Virus record (IMG/VR): IMGVR_UViG_3300031088_000821
Origin: an uncultured virus (IMG/VR IMGVR_UViG_3300031088_000821)
Taxonomy: Duplodnaviria; Heunggongvirae; Uroviricota; Caudoviricetes
Length of the DNA stretch: 64,000 nucleotides
Reading direction: 5' to 3' (one strand)
A model generated the notes under the pieces. It ran no database searches. It had not been told where the DNA came from and saw only the letters and a program-made list of their open reading frames with translations. Positions 47,273 through 57,391 of this stretch are shown here, one piece after another. The position numbers and the translations under genes are program-made. The stretch's first letter is position 1. Each line of letters opens with the position of its first letter.

Positions 47273-48448
47273 ATGAAACTCAGAATTAACGCAAAGGACT
47301 TCGGCAACGCCATTGCCTGGGTTATTAGCCGCTTCGACGCTCGAGATGGACAGGCCTACATGGCTATCACGGTGGAAAACACCGGCCACGTCCACCTCAC
47401 CTACGCCAACTCCACCTCTCTTTTCAAGTCACCTCTCGCTGCTCTCGAGGTCGACTTCTCGGAAGAGGAAACGGATGAGTCCTACTCAATCCCCGTGGAT
47501 GGCACCTATCTCAAGAACTTCGCTTCGGTGGTGAAAACCATCGGTGCAGAGGAGCTTCTTTTCACCAAGGACCTCACTAAGCCGGGGCCCCTAAAGGTGA
47601 AAGCAGATAAGCAGAATCTTACTGTTCCTGTTTTCCTCACGAGCGTTCCCGCAGAACCCAAGCTCATCACCCTCGGTGAAGTTAACGACCAGGAGTTCTT
47701 CGGCACGCTCCAGCGGCTCGCTAAAGTTTGTACTTCGGAGTCCGAAGACACTGGAGCGGCCACGGGCGCAGTGGCGGTAAAGCTCGGAGAAGAAAACCTC
47801 AGCTTCCTAGCTACGGACACTTACACCATCGCCGAAACAACCCTGAGCTATGAGCCCAACGCTAAGAAGATTGCAAAGTTCAAGGAGAACGCCACCAACG
47901 ATGAGACGGCTCTCATCCCCAAGGCGGCTGCTCTCACTGTAAAGCCTTCGAAGGTGGCAACTGACACAGTGGAGCTCGTCTACGAAAAGGAAGCGGGCAA
48001 GTTCGGCTACAGCTTTACCGACGGAAGAGTTGCGCTCTTCTCTCTGGATAGCTCCACTCCACTTGACATCACCTCTCTGAAGGAGAATCTTCTTGAGATC
48101 AACGAAAGCTCCGTTGATCTTCCCCTGGGAGAGCTCACTCGCTATCTCACGTCCATTGGAATCCTGAATCCCTCGGAGACGGACGTGGAAATCGAGATAG
48201 GGCAAAAGAAGGTTCAGATCCGCGACGTTCAAAACGCCAATGTGATGAGCCTCAAGCCCTCGGCTTCGGACTTCTCCGATGGGGAGACTTTCACCTTCTT
48301 CCGGGAAGTGCTTTTGAAGTCCCTGTCGGTGCTCACCAGTGATGCTGTGAGAATCTTCTTCGGCGCCTCGCCGGGTGTGGTGATCCGCCCCCTGGATTCT
48401 GACGACCTCGATGAGAACTTCTTCGTCGTGGCGGCCGTCAACGCCTGA
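47273..48448 (+). CDS. dnaN: DNA polymerase III beta clamp-like protein (divergent)
   Basis: 391 aa; MKLRINAKDFGNAIAWV start; LSFLATDTYTIA resembles ATDxxRL; ALIPK. Confidence 0.65.
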   Translation: MKLRINAKDFGNAIAWVISRFDARDGQAYMAITVENTGHVHLTYANSTSLFKSPLAALEVDFSEEETDESYSIPVDGTYLKNFASVVKTIGAEELLFTKDLTKPGPLKVKADKQNLTVPVFLTSVPAEPKLITLGEVNDQEFFGTLQRLAKVCTSESEDTGAATGAVAVKLGEENLSFLATDTYTIAETTLSYEPNAKKIAKFKENATNDETALIPKAAALTVKPSKVATDTVELVYEKEAGKFGYSFTDGRVALFSLDSSTPLDITSLKENLLEINESSVDLPLGELTRYLTSIGILNPSETDVEIEIGQKKVQIRDVQNANVMSLKPSASDFSDGETFTFFREVLLKSLSVLTSDAVRIFFGASPGVVIRPLDSDDLDENFFVVAAVNA

Positions 48449-49128
48449 TGGATCTCATTTCCTTCCTCTCCTACGGGGCTGCCGCTATTGTTTCAGCGGC
48501 AGCCCTCTACGGAGTGGCGGCTCGTAGGCGGCGCCCCATCTACGAGGGTAGCAATCCAGCTGCTGATCGCATTGCTTTCAAGGTTTCGGCAATCGTTGGT
48601 ACACTTCTGGGGCTCTTCATCGCCTCCATGGAGTCGATGGCCCCCGGTGGATTGGAACTCCTGGGCTTCGCTAGATCTAGCCTAGGAGCCATGGTGGCTT
48701 TTCTTGTGGCCCTTTCCTTTTACACCGATCACCGCTACCGCAAAGTAGACAGAGTGGTGCTTAGAGTGGCCATATTGGCGTCCATCGGCTTTGGCATTCC
48801 TCGACTCATTGAAATGAATACCGAGGCCTTTGTAGTGCTCTACATAGTGAGCATTCTCATAGCTTTGGCCACTATGTTTGTGCCAAGCATGGGAGACTCC
48901 GATGCTAGAGCTTTTGTGCTGCTCTTCGCCGCTGGCATTCCCACCTTGGGTGTGCTCTACACCTACTACGCTTTCCTTGTGGGCATCGGTCTCTGGCTGG
49001 CCTATGGCCTTGTCGTAGCCGCCAAAAAGCGCACAACTAAAGTTTCCATTCCCATGGTGCCCTACATTCTTACGCCGCTAGCTATAGCCATAGCGGCAGC
49101 ATCCCTTCTGGCGCCACCACTTCTTTAG
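48448..49128 (+). CDS. Prepilin peptidase A24-like membrane aspartic protease
   Basis: TDHRYRKV, MGDSD, IPMVPYI; multiple TM helices. Confidence 0.7.
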   Translation: MDLISFLSYGAAAIVSAAALYGVAARRRRPIYEGSNPAADRIAFKVSAIVGTLLGLFIASMESMAPGGLELLGFARSSLGAMVAFLVALSFYTDHRYRKVDRVVLRVAILASIGFGIPRLIEMNTEAFVVLYIVSILIALATMFVPSMGDSDARAFVLLFAAGIPTLGVLYTYYAFLVGIGLWLAYGLVVAAKKRTTKVSIPMVPYILTPLAIAIAAASLLAPPLL

Positions 49129-49193
49129 CTTCGTGGTGTGGTGCGCACCACGATATGAGCGCCAATAGCCTTGGCCAAGAAAGTGAGAAAACA

Positions 49194-50075
49194 ATGACTG
49201 ATATCCTCGAACTCATCGAACAGGATGGCGATGACCTCGAAGAAATCGCCGATGGTGAGCTTCTAGTCCTCGAGGACGACGGCAGCGAGCTCGAAGATTC
49301 TAGCGAGCTTTCGGAAGCTAAAGCGCGGGAGCTCACCAGCGCCATTCGCGCTGCGGCGGAGGCCACCTGCATCCTCATAGCCCGAGCCCACGAGGGCAAG
49401 GCCTACAAAGCTCTTGGCTATGCGACCTGGGCGGACTATGTGTCCAAGGAGTTCGAGTTCAGCCCCCAGCGGAGCTACCAGTACCTCTTCCAGTTCAAGG
49501 CCATCAAGGAAATCGAAGCGGCAGCTCCCGAGGGGACCATCGTTAAGCTCACCGAGGCCCAAGCTCGAGACATCAAGCGGGAGCTACCCTTCATCACCTC
49601 TCGGATCGCCGAAGAAACCGAGGGCATGGAAGTGGATGAGGCGGCAGATCGAATCGAAGAGATCGTTCAGGAGGCCAGAGACCAGAAGAAGGCCGATGAC
49701 GCCGCCATCGCCCTTAAAGAGAAGAACCTCGCAGAGGCAGAAGAGGAAGGCTATAGGGCTGGCCTCGAAGCTGGCGCAGACGCCATCCTTGCTTCGGATG
49801 GCTTTGACCTTTCCGATGGCGAAGACGAAGACGAAGATACGGGCTGGGGAGACGATGGTGGAGATAGCTCCAATGACGGCCCTGGTTTGAGCCCTCAGGT
49901 GGCAATGGACCTCCACAACTTCGTGAATGTGCTCGCAAATCAGGGAGCACTTCCCGATCCCCAGGAGCTTGTGGATGCGGTACCCGACTCGAAGTTCGCT
50001 GACATTAAGGCTCAGGCAGTCAGAGCCGAAGAGTGGTTCCACAAGTTCAACGAGCTCGCCGAGGAGCGCGATTAA
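49194..50075 (+). CDS. Hypothetical acidic protein with possible HTH-type DNA-binding segment
   Basis: AYKALGYATWADYVSKEFEFSPQRSYQ, a motif type seen in mobile-element proteins. Confidence 0.6.
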   Translation: MTDILELIEQDGDDLEEIADGELLVLEDDGSELEDSSELSEAKARELTSAIRAAAEATCILIARAHEGKAYKALGYATWADYVSKEFEFSPQRSYQYLFQFKAIKEIEAAAPEGTIVKLTEAQARDIKRELPFITSRIAEETEGMEVDEAADRIEEIVQEARDQKKADDAAIALKEKNLAEAEEEGYRAGLEAGADAILASDGFDLSDGEDEDEDTGWGDDGGDSSNDGPGLSPQVAMDLHNFVNVLANQGALPDPQELVDAVPDSKFADIKAQAVRAEEWFHKFNELAEERD

Positions 50076-50152
50076 GCTCCATTTCATATAAGCCCTGCGA
50101 TCTTTGTTATTGTGAGAACAATAGGGTAAACCACAAACGAGGAAGTCCAACT

Positions 50153-52174
50153 ATGCGTGGAGTTAAGAAGATCGGTGCCGGAGCTGACATCAAAAATCAA
50201 CCGCCTGTACCCATCAGCATCTACAACCCCGAAGATCATGTTCCTACCCTGGACATAGATACTATGGTAGAGGACTACAGGGACAGCCTAGATGTGGCGA
50301 TCTCTCAGCTTCTAGACCCCGATTGTGGAAAAGTCATTGTGACGGGTTCTGAAGTTTCGGGTAAGACCTTCTTCGCAGCTCAAATGCTCTACAACTCCAC
50401 CAAATACCTCGAGGATCGCGGCGAGGGCAAGCTAGTGCCGGTGCGAATCACCAAGTCCGATTTCAATGAGTTCGCACCACTAGTCGACTCTTTGGAGGAC
50501 TACTTCCAGAAGGTAGCTGGTCATCTGGAAATCCGCGAAGAGCAGCTCTGCATCTTTACGGACAATGCAGAAGTTGCGGGAAAGATCACCGAGTCGGGAT
50601 CCTCTGTAAAAACTATCCTAGAGGCGCCCAATTCCATGCTGAGTGCGATGCATCAGGCACAGATCGCAGGCATGACTTCAGCCTGGTCGAACTGGGCTAT
50701 CTTCGATGTGGCCGATCTCTATCTCAAGCGAAAAGATCTGGTCAACATGACCTACGATGTTCAGGTGGACAGGCTCAAGGCTACCTACCGAGTCGAGCTC
50801 AAGAAGAAATATCTCGTCGCTCTCGTGAACGAAGTTATGAGCATCTGCGCCGCCCTTCGCTTCAACGGCGATGACCCCAAAAATCCCTACGCTCTCATTA
50901 TCCCTGCCCACTTGGCTATTTTCACCCGTCGATTCATTCAGCTGATATCTAAGAACGGTGAGCCCGAGGGCAAGGACGAGCTCCACCAGGCTGTTGTGAG
51001 AACCTTGGAGCAATGTGCAGACATTGTAGAAGAGCTTCACAATCACGCTCATCAGATGCAGATGGAAGAGGCGGGGGATAGCTCCATCACCATTCGAGCA
51101 TCTTCTCCCGAAGAGGCCCGAGCTATCATGGAACAGCAGGGTCTCACCATGGAAGATGATTCCTTCTTGGATGAGCTCTTTGAGGAAACCAGCAAAAAGA
51201 AGGACGGGGAAAAGCTCGAAAGCGACTTTAAGCCCAAGTTCCGCTCTATGACTGCCTTCGAAAAAGCCCTCAAAAAGAGCATCATCGGCCAGGACCACGC
51301 CATCGACCAGGTCGTGGACGCCCTGTCGCTGCCAGCGGCTGGCATGAACCTGCCAAATAAGCCTCTGAGAACTTTCCTCTTCCTGGGGCCCACGGGTGTG
51401 GGGAAAACTGAGCTCTCCCTGCAGATCGCCAACAATCTCTTCACAGAGCCTCTCAATGTGATCCGTCTGGACATGAGCGAATACAGCACCAAGGGTGCTA
51501 CAACTGCGCTCTTCGGATCCACGCCCGGCTACATTGGCTACAGTGAAGACGGTGGAGAGCTAACCCGTGAGGTCGCCAAGAACCCCCACTCTCTGATTAT
51601 CCTCGACGAGGTGGAGAAGGCCGATCCGTCAACCTGGGACTCGTTCCTCCAGGTTCTGGATGCCGCTCGAATGACTACGGGCTCTGGGAAGATCGTGGAC
51701 TTTTCAAAGTGCGTGATCGTAATGACCTCCAACCTGGGAACTCAGGAGATGAGCGCCAAGACCATAGGCTTTGGTGAAGCTGTCAAGAAAAGCCATGAGG
51801 AACTCAAGAAGATCGCCAAGAACTCGCTGAAGCAGTACTTTAAGACAGAGTTCATCAACAGAATAGACGAGATCGTGGTCTTCAACCAGTTGGACAGCAA
51901 ATCTGCTCGAAAGATCGTGGAGAAGGAGCTCAAGAGCGTAGGCTCACTCATCGAGCCCCGTGGCCACAGCCTTGCCCGAGCCTCTAGCGATATTCTCGAC
52001 AGCCTCTTGGAGTCGTCGGAGTTCGCACTCTTCGGAGCTAGGGATATTCAGAGAACCATCCAAAAGAAGATCTCTGTTCCCCTCGCCAAGAAGATTCTCA
52101 GCTCCGGCAAGAGCGCTAAAAAGTTCAAGATCACGAAGTCCGGAGAATCTACCTTCGAGGTAGCTGAGGCCTAA
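50153..52174 (+). CDS. ClpA/ClpB-like AAA+ ATPase with intact second and degenerate first NBD
   Basis: IIGQDHAI, FLGPTGVGKTE, RLDMSEY, PGYIGY, LDEVEKA, MTSNLG, EFINRID, GARDI; N-terminal GSEVSGKT. Confidence 0.85.
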   Translation: MRGVKKIGAGADIKNQPPVPISIYNPEDHVPTLDIDTMVEDYRDSLDVAISQLLDPDCGKVIVTGSEVSGKTFFAAQMLYNSTKYLEDRGEGKLVPVRITKSDFNEFAPLVDSLEDYFQKVAGHLEIREEQLCIFTDNAEVAGKITESGSSVKTILEAPNSMLSAMHQAQIAGMTSAWSNWAIFDVADLYLKRKDLVNMTYDVQVDRLKATYRVELKKKYLVALVNEVMSICAALRFNGDDPKNPYALIIPAHLAIFTRRFIQLISKNGEPEGKDELHQAVVRTLEQCADIVEELHNHAHQMQMEEAGDSSITIRASSPEEARAIMEQQGLTMEDDSFLDELFEETSKKKDGEKLESDFKPKFRSMTAFEKALKKSIIGQDHAIDQVVDALSLPAAGMNLPNKPLRTFLFLGPTGVGKTELSLQIANNLFTEPLNVIRLDMSEYSTKGATTALFGSTPGYIGYSEDGGELTREVAKNPHSLIILDEVEKADPSTWDSFLQVLDAARMTTGSGKIVDFSKCVIVMTSNLGTQEMSAKTIGFGEAVKKSHEELKKIAKNSLKQYFKTEFINRIDEIVVFNQLDSKSARKIVEKELKSVGSLIEPRGHSLARASSDILDSLLESSEFALFGARDIQRTIQKKISVPLAKKILSSGKSAKKFKITKSGESTFEVAEA

Positions 52175-52190
52175 TTAGCTAAGGAATAGA

Positions 52191-53150
52191 ATGCCTAAAA
52201 ACGAGTTTGGCGTTGAAAGTAGCGAGTCCTCGGGCTTTGGCTTTGGCGTAGGAGACGACTTCGAAGACATGTTCGAAGACGCCATGAATCGATCGGTATC
52301 GGATGATGAGGTAGCTCCCGCCCGTAGAACTCAAGTTCATGAAGTCCCAGCCCCGGTAGAGGTTGAAATCGAAGAGGACTTTGCCGACTTTGATACTCCT
52401 ACCTTCGAGGACACCCCGCCTGTGGTTGAACCTGTTGCTGTTGAAGAGACTCCCGCGATGGAGAGCTTTGACGACATTGGCAACGACTTCGACGGCTTCG
52501 GCGGGGAGACTTCCCAGTGGGATTCCTATGGCGACGACACCCCCGTGGACGGCAATCTCACAGATATTGCTGAGCCCGAAGTAGAAGTTGAGCCCGAACC
52601 CGAACCTGTTGCGGAAGCTCCGGCACCAACGCCAGAGCCAGAACCAGTAGCTGTAGAGCCCACCTCTAAGCCGTCTTACCAGGTGTCCGCCCCAGAGCCC
52701 ACCGAAGAGGCTATCAGCTACATTGAACAAGTCATTCTCACTTCGGATGCGATTAGACAGCTTCCAGATGGCGATGAGAAAGCTGCCAACATTTTCATCA
52801 CTGGCGGCAATCCCGTGGAAAGCCATCAGGAGTTTGTCCTCGCCGCTCTGCTCGCGGACAAGCAGATCCTCAGGACTACCGAAGCTGTGCTCGAAGCCAA
52901 GAAGAAGGACTCGGTGGATAGGGCCTTCTACATTCTGGGTCTCGATGAAACCACTTTCACAGAGCTTGGGGATCTGATTTCCCATGATCTCGATTCGAAG
53001 ATCACTATTTCCTTCCATAGGGACTACGGTGGAGACAGACTTGCCTACGCTCGAAAGCTCGTGGATCTCCTCGAAGAGCTCACCCCAGCAAGCGTAAAGC
53101 GCTTTGAGGCCGTAGTGGCGGTGCTCAAAGCCGGAGAGCCCCAGGGATAG
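52191..53150 (+). CDS. Hypothetical protein with acidic Pro-rich N-half
   Basis: AAGGA RBS; stop overlaps the recG start. Confidence 0.7.
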   Translation: MPKNEFGVESSESSGFGFGVGDDFEDMFEDAMNRSVSDDEVAPARRTQVHEVPAPVEVEIEEDFADFDTPTFEDTPPVVEPVAVEETPAMESFDDIGNDFDGFGGETSQWDSYGDDTPVDGNLTDIAEPEVEVEPEPEPVAEAPAPTPEPEPVAVEPTSKPSYQVSAPEPTEEAISYIEQVILTSDAIRQLPDGDEKAANIFITGGNPVESHQEFVLAALLADKQILRTTEAVLEAKKKDSVDRAFYILGLDETTFTELGDLISHDLDSKITISFHRDYGGDRLAYARKLVDLLEELTPASVKRFEAVVAVLKAGEPQG

Positions 53151-55972
53151 TGGCTGAGATAGATCTCTGGGCAAATGACCCCCTCCCAGAAGATTTCGGC
53201 GCCCATTGGGGTGAAGAGCTAGCAGACTCTTCTCCAGAGAAACCCGCTGCTGAAGTTGTAGCTAATGGCTATGATGACAGCAGGGAAGCTGAAAATCTCC
53301 CCTGGCTGGTGGTTGCCGAAAGGCGAGCAAAGACCGTTGTTCGGACAGCCTTCATTCCCGAAGGTGTAAGCACGGTGCTTCTCGAAGAGCCCAGCGGTCG
53401 GCTTTCTATCTACTGTCGCAAGGACCTCTCGGGGCTGGAGGCCTTCAGGAGCCTGTCCTACTCGGTCCACGAGGAAGTTTCGGAGGGGTGGCACACATCC
53501 GTGCCCCTCAACCCGAACATGGCCATGGTGCTTCGAGCACTCTTGCCAAAAGATGTGGAGATTTCCAAGGAGCTAAAGCTGAAGCTCAAGGCGGAAGCGG
53601 AGGAGGCCGTCTCTCCCAGGGCTGAGCTGTCCGAAAGCGGCAAGCACATCCACTTGGATGTGCCCAACGTGAAGTACTACAGGGATCTCGCCAACAAATT
53701 GGACGCCTATCCCGTGAAGGGTGGCTACTACCGGCTGCTCATAGATAAGGCATTGGACTTGGAGTCGCTAGCTGCCTGTCTGCTCCCAGATACGGGTCGA
53801 GCCTTTCCCGCCATTGAGCTGGATGAGGCTATCTTCGAGCTCAATCGAGAGCCGATTCCCGGCTTCACGGGAAAGATCGATGAGCTCAAGGACATTTCTC
53901 CAGCTGTTCTCAATGTGGTGGCTTCTGATCTGCAGACCTGGAAGCAGAAGAAAACTAATCCAAAGACCATGGTGGATAAGCTCGCCGATTTGGGCATCAC
54001 CAATCTCCATGAGCTACTCTTCTGGCTGCCTCGGCGCTACATAGACAAGTCCGATCCACAGGACATTATGGGACTCATCGAGGGAGAGTCCGCCACCATT
54101 ATCGGAGTGGTGAAATCTGCCACTCTCATGCCCAACAATGGTGGTTCAAAGTTCAGGGTTGAAACAGAATCTGGAAGATCTGTAGATGTGATCTTCTGGC
54201 GTCAATCTTGGCTCAAGAACAAGTTCCCTGAGAACTCCGAAGTCATCGTTACCGGGAAGTTTGGTTGGTATCGGAACCAGCCCAATCTCAGCGGCGCGTC
54301 CATAGATCACTCCGACGAAGTGGCGCTGCTCCCCATTGTCCCAATCTACAACCAATCGGGCACCAAGGGTGTGAGCACGAAGTTCCTGCTCTCCGCCATA
54401 CGGGAGCTCATTTCCAGATTGGGTGATTTCCCCCTACCACCCTATCTCCAAGCCGAAGGTAGGCCCAACTACAGCGATACGCTCAGGGAGCTCCATTTCC
54501 CCACGAGTTTGGAAAACTGCAAGCAAGCCGTAGACGACATGGCTTACTACGAGCTCGTCCTCATGCAGGTTCAGCTACTAGCTAACAGAAGCACCGAGGA
54601 TAAGCGGGAAGGACTCCAGCAGCGGGGCGGCGTTAGCAGCTATCAACAGCTTGCGGAAGATTCCTTCCCCTGGCCCCTCACCGACAGCCAGAGGGAAGCA
54701 GTGGAGTTCATCAACGAGTCTCTGGCTTCTGATGAGGCATCTAGAACTTTGCTGAACTCGGATGTGGGCACGGGTAAAACGGTGGTAGCCCAGCTCGCCG
54801 CCCTCCGGTCGGTGGATTCGGGCTATCAGGCTGTGCTTGCGGCTCCAACGGAGGTTCTCGCCCGACAGCTCTATTCCACTTTCCAAAAGCTCGTGGATGG
54901 CATGGCGTCGGACCAGAAACCATCCTATGGCCTCATCGTGGGTGGCATGCCTATCCAGGAGCGCAATGCGCTGAAAAAAGGCGCCAAGGATGGCAGCCTC
55001 GATGTGCTCATTGGAACCCATTCGGTGCTCACCGGCACGATCAAATACCACAATCTGGGGATAGTGGTCATCGACGAGCAGCAGAAGTTCGGCGCCAATC
55101 AGAGAACAGATATTCTCGAAACACGCACCGATGGGAAAATGCCCGATCTTCTCATGCAGTCGGCAACTCCCATTCCCCGCTCCACGGCGCAGGTCTTCTA
55201 TGGCGACATGAAGATGATCGCCCTCAAAGGAAAGCCCAAGGGTAGAAAGCCCATCGAGACCTTCTGGACTGATGAAGACCCCAGAGAGGTTGTGGCTAAT
55301 CCATTCCATGACATTTGGAAGGACATTCTCGAGGAAACCAAGAGAGGCAATCAGGCCTTCGTGGTGACTCCCATGGTAAATGAGTCGCCAAAGGTGGACG
55401 CTGCTTCGGTGGAGAACACCTTCAGAGCGCTGAGGGCAGTTTTTGGTAAGCGGGTCGCCATGGTTCACGGTCAGATGAAGCCCGAAGAGCAGAAGAAAAC
55501 CATGGAGCTCTTCAGGGATAAGAGCTACGATGTGATCGTGGCCTCTTCGGTGGTTGAAGTTGGTGTGGACATTCCCGACGCCACGAGAGTTGCTATTCTA
55601 TCTGCGGGTCGCTTTGGGGCCTCTAGCCTCCATCAGATTCGCGGCCGCGTGGGTAGAAACGACAAGCAGGCTCGATGCTATCTTGTGGATCTCGGCAGCA
55701 CGAAATCTGCCCAAACTCGACTTCAGGCAATGGTTGACTTCACCGACGGCTATGAGATCGCAAAGGTCGACCTCCGAACGAGAGGTGAGGGAAAGATCTT
55801 TAGCACTAGCCAGTCCGGAGCTTCTGAGCTAGTTTTTGCCTCTCTGGCGCTCCATGCGGAGAAGATCCCGCAGGCCCAAGGAGAAGCCCAGAAAATACTC
55901 GATAGTGCCATGGCCACTAGAGCCCTCGAAGACGCCACCGAGAGATTTGCCAGCGAGAAGCGGCTTGCCTGA
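53150..55972 (+). CDS. recG: RecG-family helicase with N-terminal extension
   Basis: LPRRYID, SDVGTGKT, APTEVLARQ, DEQQKFG, SATPIPRS, VEVGVD, HQIRGRVGR, DLRTRGEG. Confidence 0.9.
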   Translation: MAEIDLWANDPLPEDFGAHWGEELADSSPEKPAAEVVANGYDDSREAENLPWLVVAERRAKTVVRTAFIPEGVSTVLLEEPSGRLSIYCRKDLSGLEAFRSLSYSVHEEVSEGWHTSVPLNPNMAMVLRALLPKDVEISKELKLKLKAEAEEAVSPRAELSESGKHIHLDVPNVKYYRDLANKLDAYPVKGGYYRLLIDKALDLESLAACLLPDTGRAFPAIELDEAIFELNREPIPGFTGKIDELKDISPAVLNVVASDLQTWKQKKTNPKTMVDKLADLGITNLHELLFWLPRRYIDKSDPQDIMGLIEGESATIIGVVKSATLMPNNGGSKFRVETESGRSVDVIFWRQSWLKNKFPENSEVIVTGKFGWYRNQPNLSGASIDHSDEVALLPIVPIYNQSGTKGVSTKFLLSAIRELISRLGDFPLPPYLQAEGRPNYSDTLRELHFPTSLENCKQAVDDMAYYELVLMQVQLLANRSTEDKREGLQQRGGVSSYQQLAEDSFPWPLTDSQREAVEFINESLASDEASRTLLNSDVGTGKTVVAQLAALRSVDSGYQAVLAAPTEVLARQLYSTFQKLVDGMASDQKPSYGLIVGGMPIQERNALKKGAKDGSLDVLIGTHSVLTGTIKYHNLGIVVIDEQQKFGANQRTDILETRTDGKMPDLLMQSATPIPRSTAQVFYGDMKMIALKGKPKGRKPIETFWTDEDPREVVANPFHDIWKDILEETKRGNQAFVVTPMVNESPKVDAASVENTFRALRAVFGKRVAMVHGQMKPEEQKKTMELFRDKSYDVIVASSVVEVGVDIPDATRVAILSAGRFGASSLHQIRGRVGRNDKQARCYLVDLGSTKSAQTRLQAMVDFTDGYEIAKVDLRTRGEGKIFSTSQSGASELVFASLALHAEKIPQAQGEAQKILDSAMATRALEDATERFASEKRLA

Positions 55973-56012
55973 TCTAACGGTGATATGGTGGCTTTAAGGA
56001 CAGGGAGGAAAC

Positions 56013-56489
56013 ATGTTCAAAAAAGTTGTAGCAATAGCGGCCATTGGCCTTACGGCTCTGGCGCTATCCTCTTGTGATAGTAGCGATCCTGAAAAGACTC
56101 CTTCGCCTTCACCATCTACCGTAAATTCACAGGTGATTCTTGGAGGGGCGGATATTTGGGATGGTTCTAACCAATATGAAGGTGTTTTCGAGCTCAATGT
56201 GCTCAGAATCGCAGATCTACAATCCGGCGAAGTGATTATCGGTGGATCGAGCTCATGTCCTCCCGTGCCAACTGGAGCCACCTATGAGGATGGACTTCTT
56301 GAAATTGAGCTTTCGGAGGAGGACTCCGATCGAATCTGCACTATGGATCTCCGTCAGTATGGCATTTCCGTTGAGCTCCAAGAGGGGGAATGGGACCTCC
56401 AAACCAAGGCTCGGGTCGTCCAGGGCGACCGGGTCACAGATCTCGAGGTGATCTGGCCCGAAGAGAACAGCGATGAGGACGCTCAATGA
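56013..56489 (+). CDS. Putative lipoprotein
   Basis: Lipobox LSSC; GGAGG RBS; GSSSCP…CTMD Cys pair. Confidence 0.75.
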   Translation: MFKKVVAIAAIGLTALALSSCDSSDPEKTPSPSPSTVNSQVILGGADIWDGSNQYEGVFELNVLRIADLQSGEVIIGGSSSCPPVPTGATYEDGLLEIELSEEDSDRICTMDLRQYGISVELQEGEWDLQTKARVVQGDRVTDLEVIWPEENSDEDAQ

Positions 56490-57115
56490 CCTATTTCCGG
56501 AAGTTCCTAACATGGTTGAGGAAGAACTACAACACCAGAGCTAGGAAGTATCTCCTTCTCTGGGGCCTAGTTTTTCTAGGTGCTGGAACAGCTGCGGTGC
56601 TTGTAGATATCTTCGTTCCCTTTGGTTCAGGTTGGAATCTCATTCGCACAGCTGTGCTTATGCCCCTGGCTGTCTCTATTTTTGCTCTGGGCTACGCCGT
56701 GAGCCTCACGCTCCACTACGTCAAGCGGGTGGATCCCGCATGGGTCCCCTACCGATCAAGATTTTCACCCATGTGGAGGCTGCGAATCGCCGCCATCATA
56801 GGCGCCGCCATGCTCCTATTGGTTTACGCAGCCAATGAGTCTCCGTTCTTCACTCTTTTCTCCTCTTCTGTAGCTGCTGGTGTTCTGGCTCTTGTTGCTT
56901 TCATTCGCCAAACTAATCACGAGATGAAGCGGGCCAGCCTGGGGATTCCCGACGCTAGAGATGTGGAATACGACTCCAAGGTTCAGGCTGCCCAACGGCG
57001 TCGAAAAAATGCCATTGAAGCAAAAGAGGCCGAAAAAATAGCCAAAGCGGAAGCCAAAGGGAAGCGCAAGGGTCGACTCTTCCGGCCCATTGTGTCTGAA
57101 ACGTCTGAGGATTAA
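56486..57115 (+). CDS. 4-TM membrane protein
   Basis: Four hydrophobic helices and a basic tail. Confidence 0.7.
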   Translation: MTYFRKFLTWLRKNYNTRARKYLLLWGLVFLGAGTAAVLVDIFVPFGSGWNLIRTAVLMPLAVSIFALGYAVSLTLHYVKRVDPAWVPYRSRFSPMWRLRIAAIIGAAMLLLVYAANESPFFTLFSSSVAAGVLALVAFIRQTNHEMKRASLGIPDARDVEYDSKVQAAQRRRKNAIEAKEAEKIAKAEAKGKRKGRLFRPIVSETSED

Positions 57116-57182
57116 ATCTAAGCGCAGATATCCCCCGGTGCACATCATTTTACCGGCGCTCCATTCTGGGCGCTTAGATCGC
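57115..57182 (+). repeat. 68-nt intergenic hairpin element, copy B
   Basis: AATCTAAGC…GGCGCTTAGATCGC. Confidence 0.7.
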
Positions 57183-57391
57183 CTTCTAGCGATTTCATCT
57201 AGTTGGAAATCTTTGAGATTTGGCATTGCCCCATCAAAGAGCCACATCACTTTGTTTTAGATAAGCCTGTCCCCTTTCTCATCCCTTTGTTAGGGTGAGC
57301 TAAATGGCCACACGGTTGGCCGAGCGGTGCCTGAAAGTTCAAACCAGGCAAAAGTAATAGATCGATCCACGAACCAACGAGGAGTTATATT

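Noticed and set aside
57240..57300. NrdR box upstream of nrdE
   Set aside because: No convincing palindromic match
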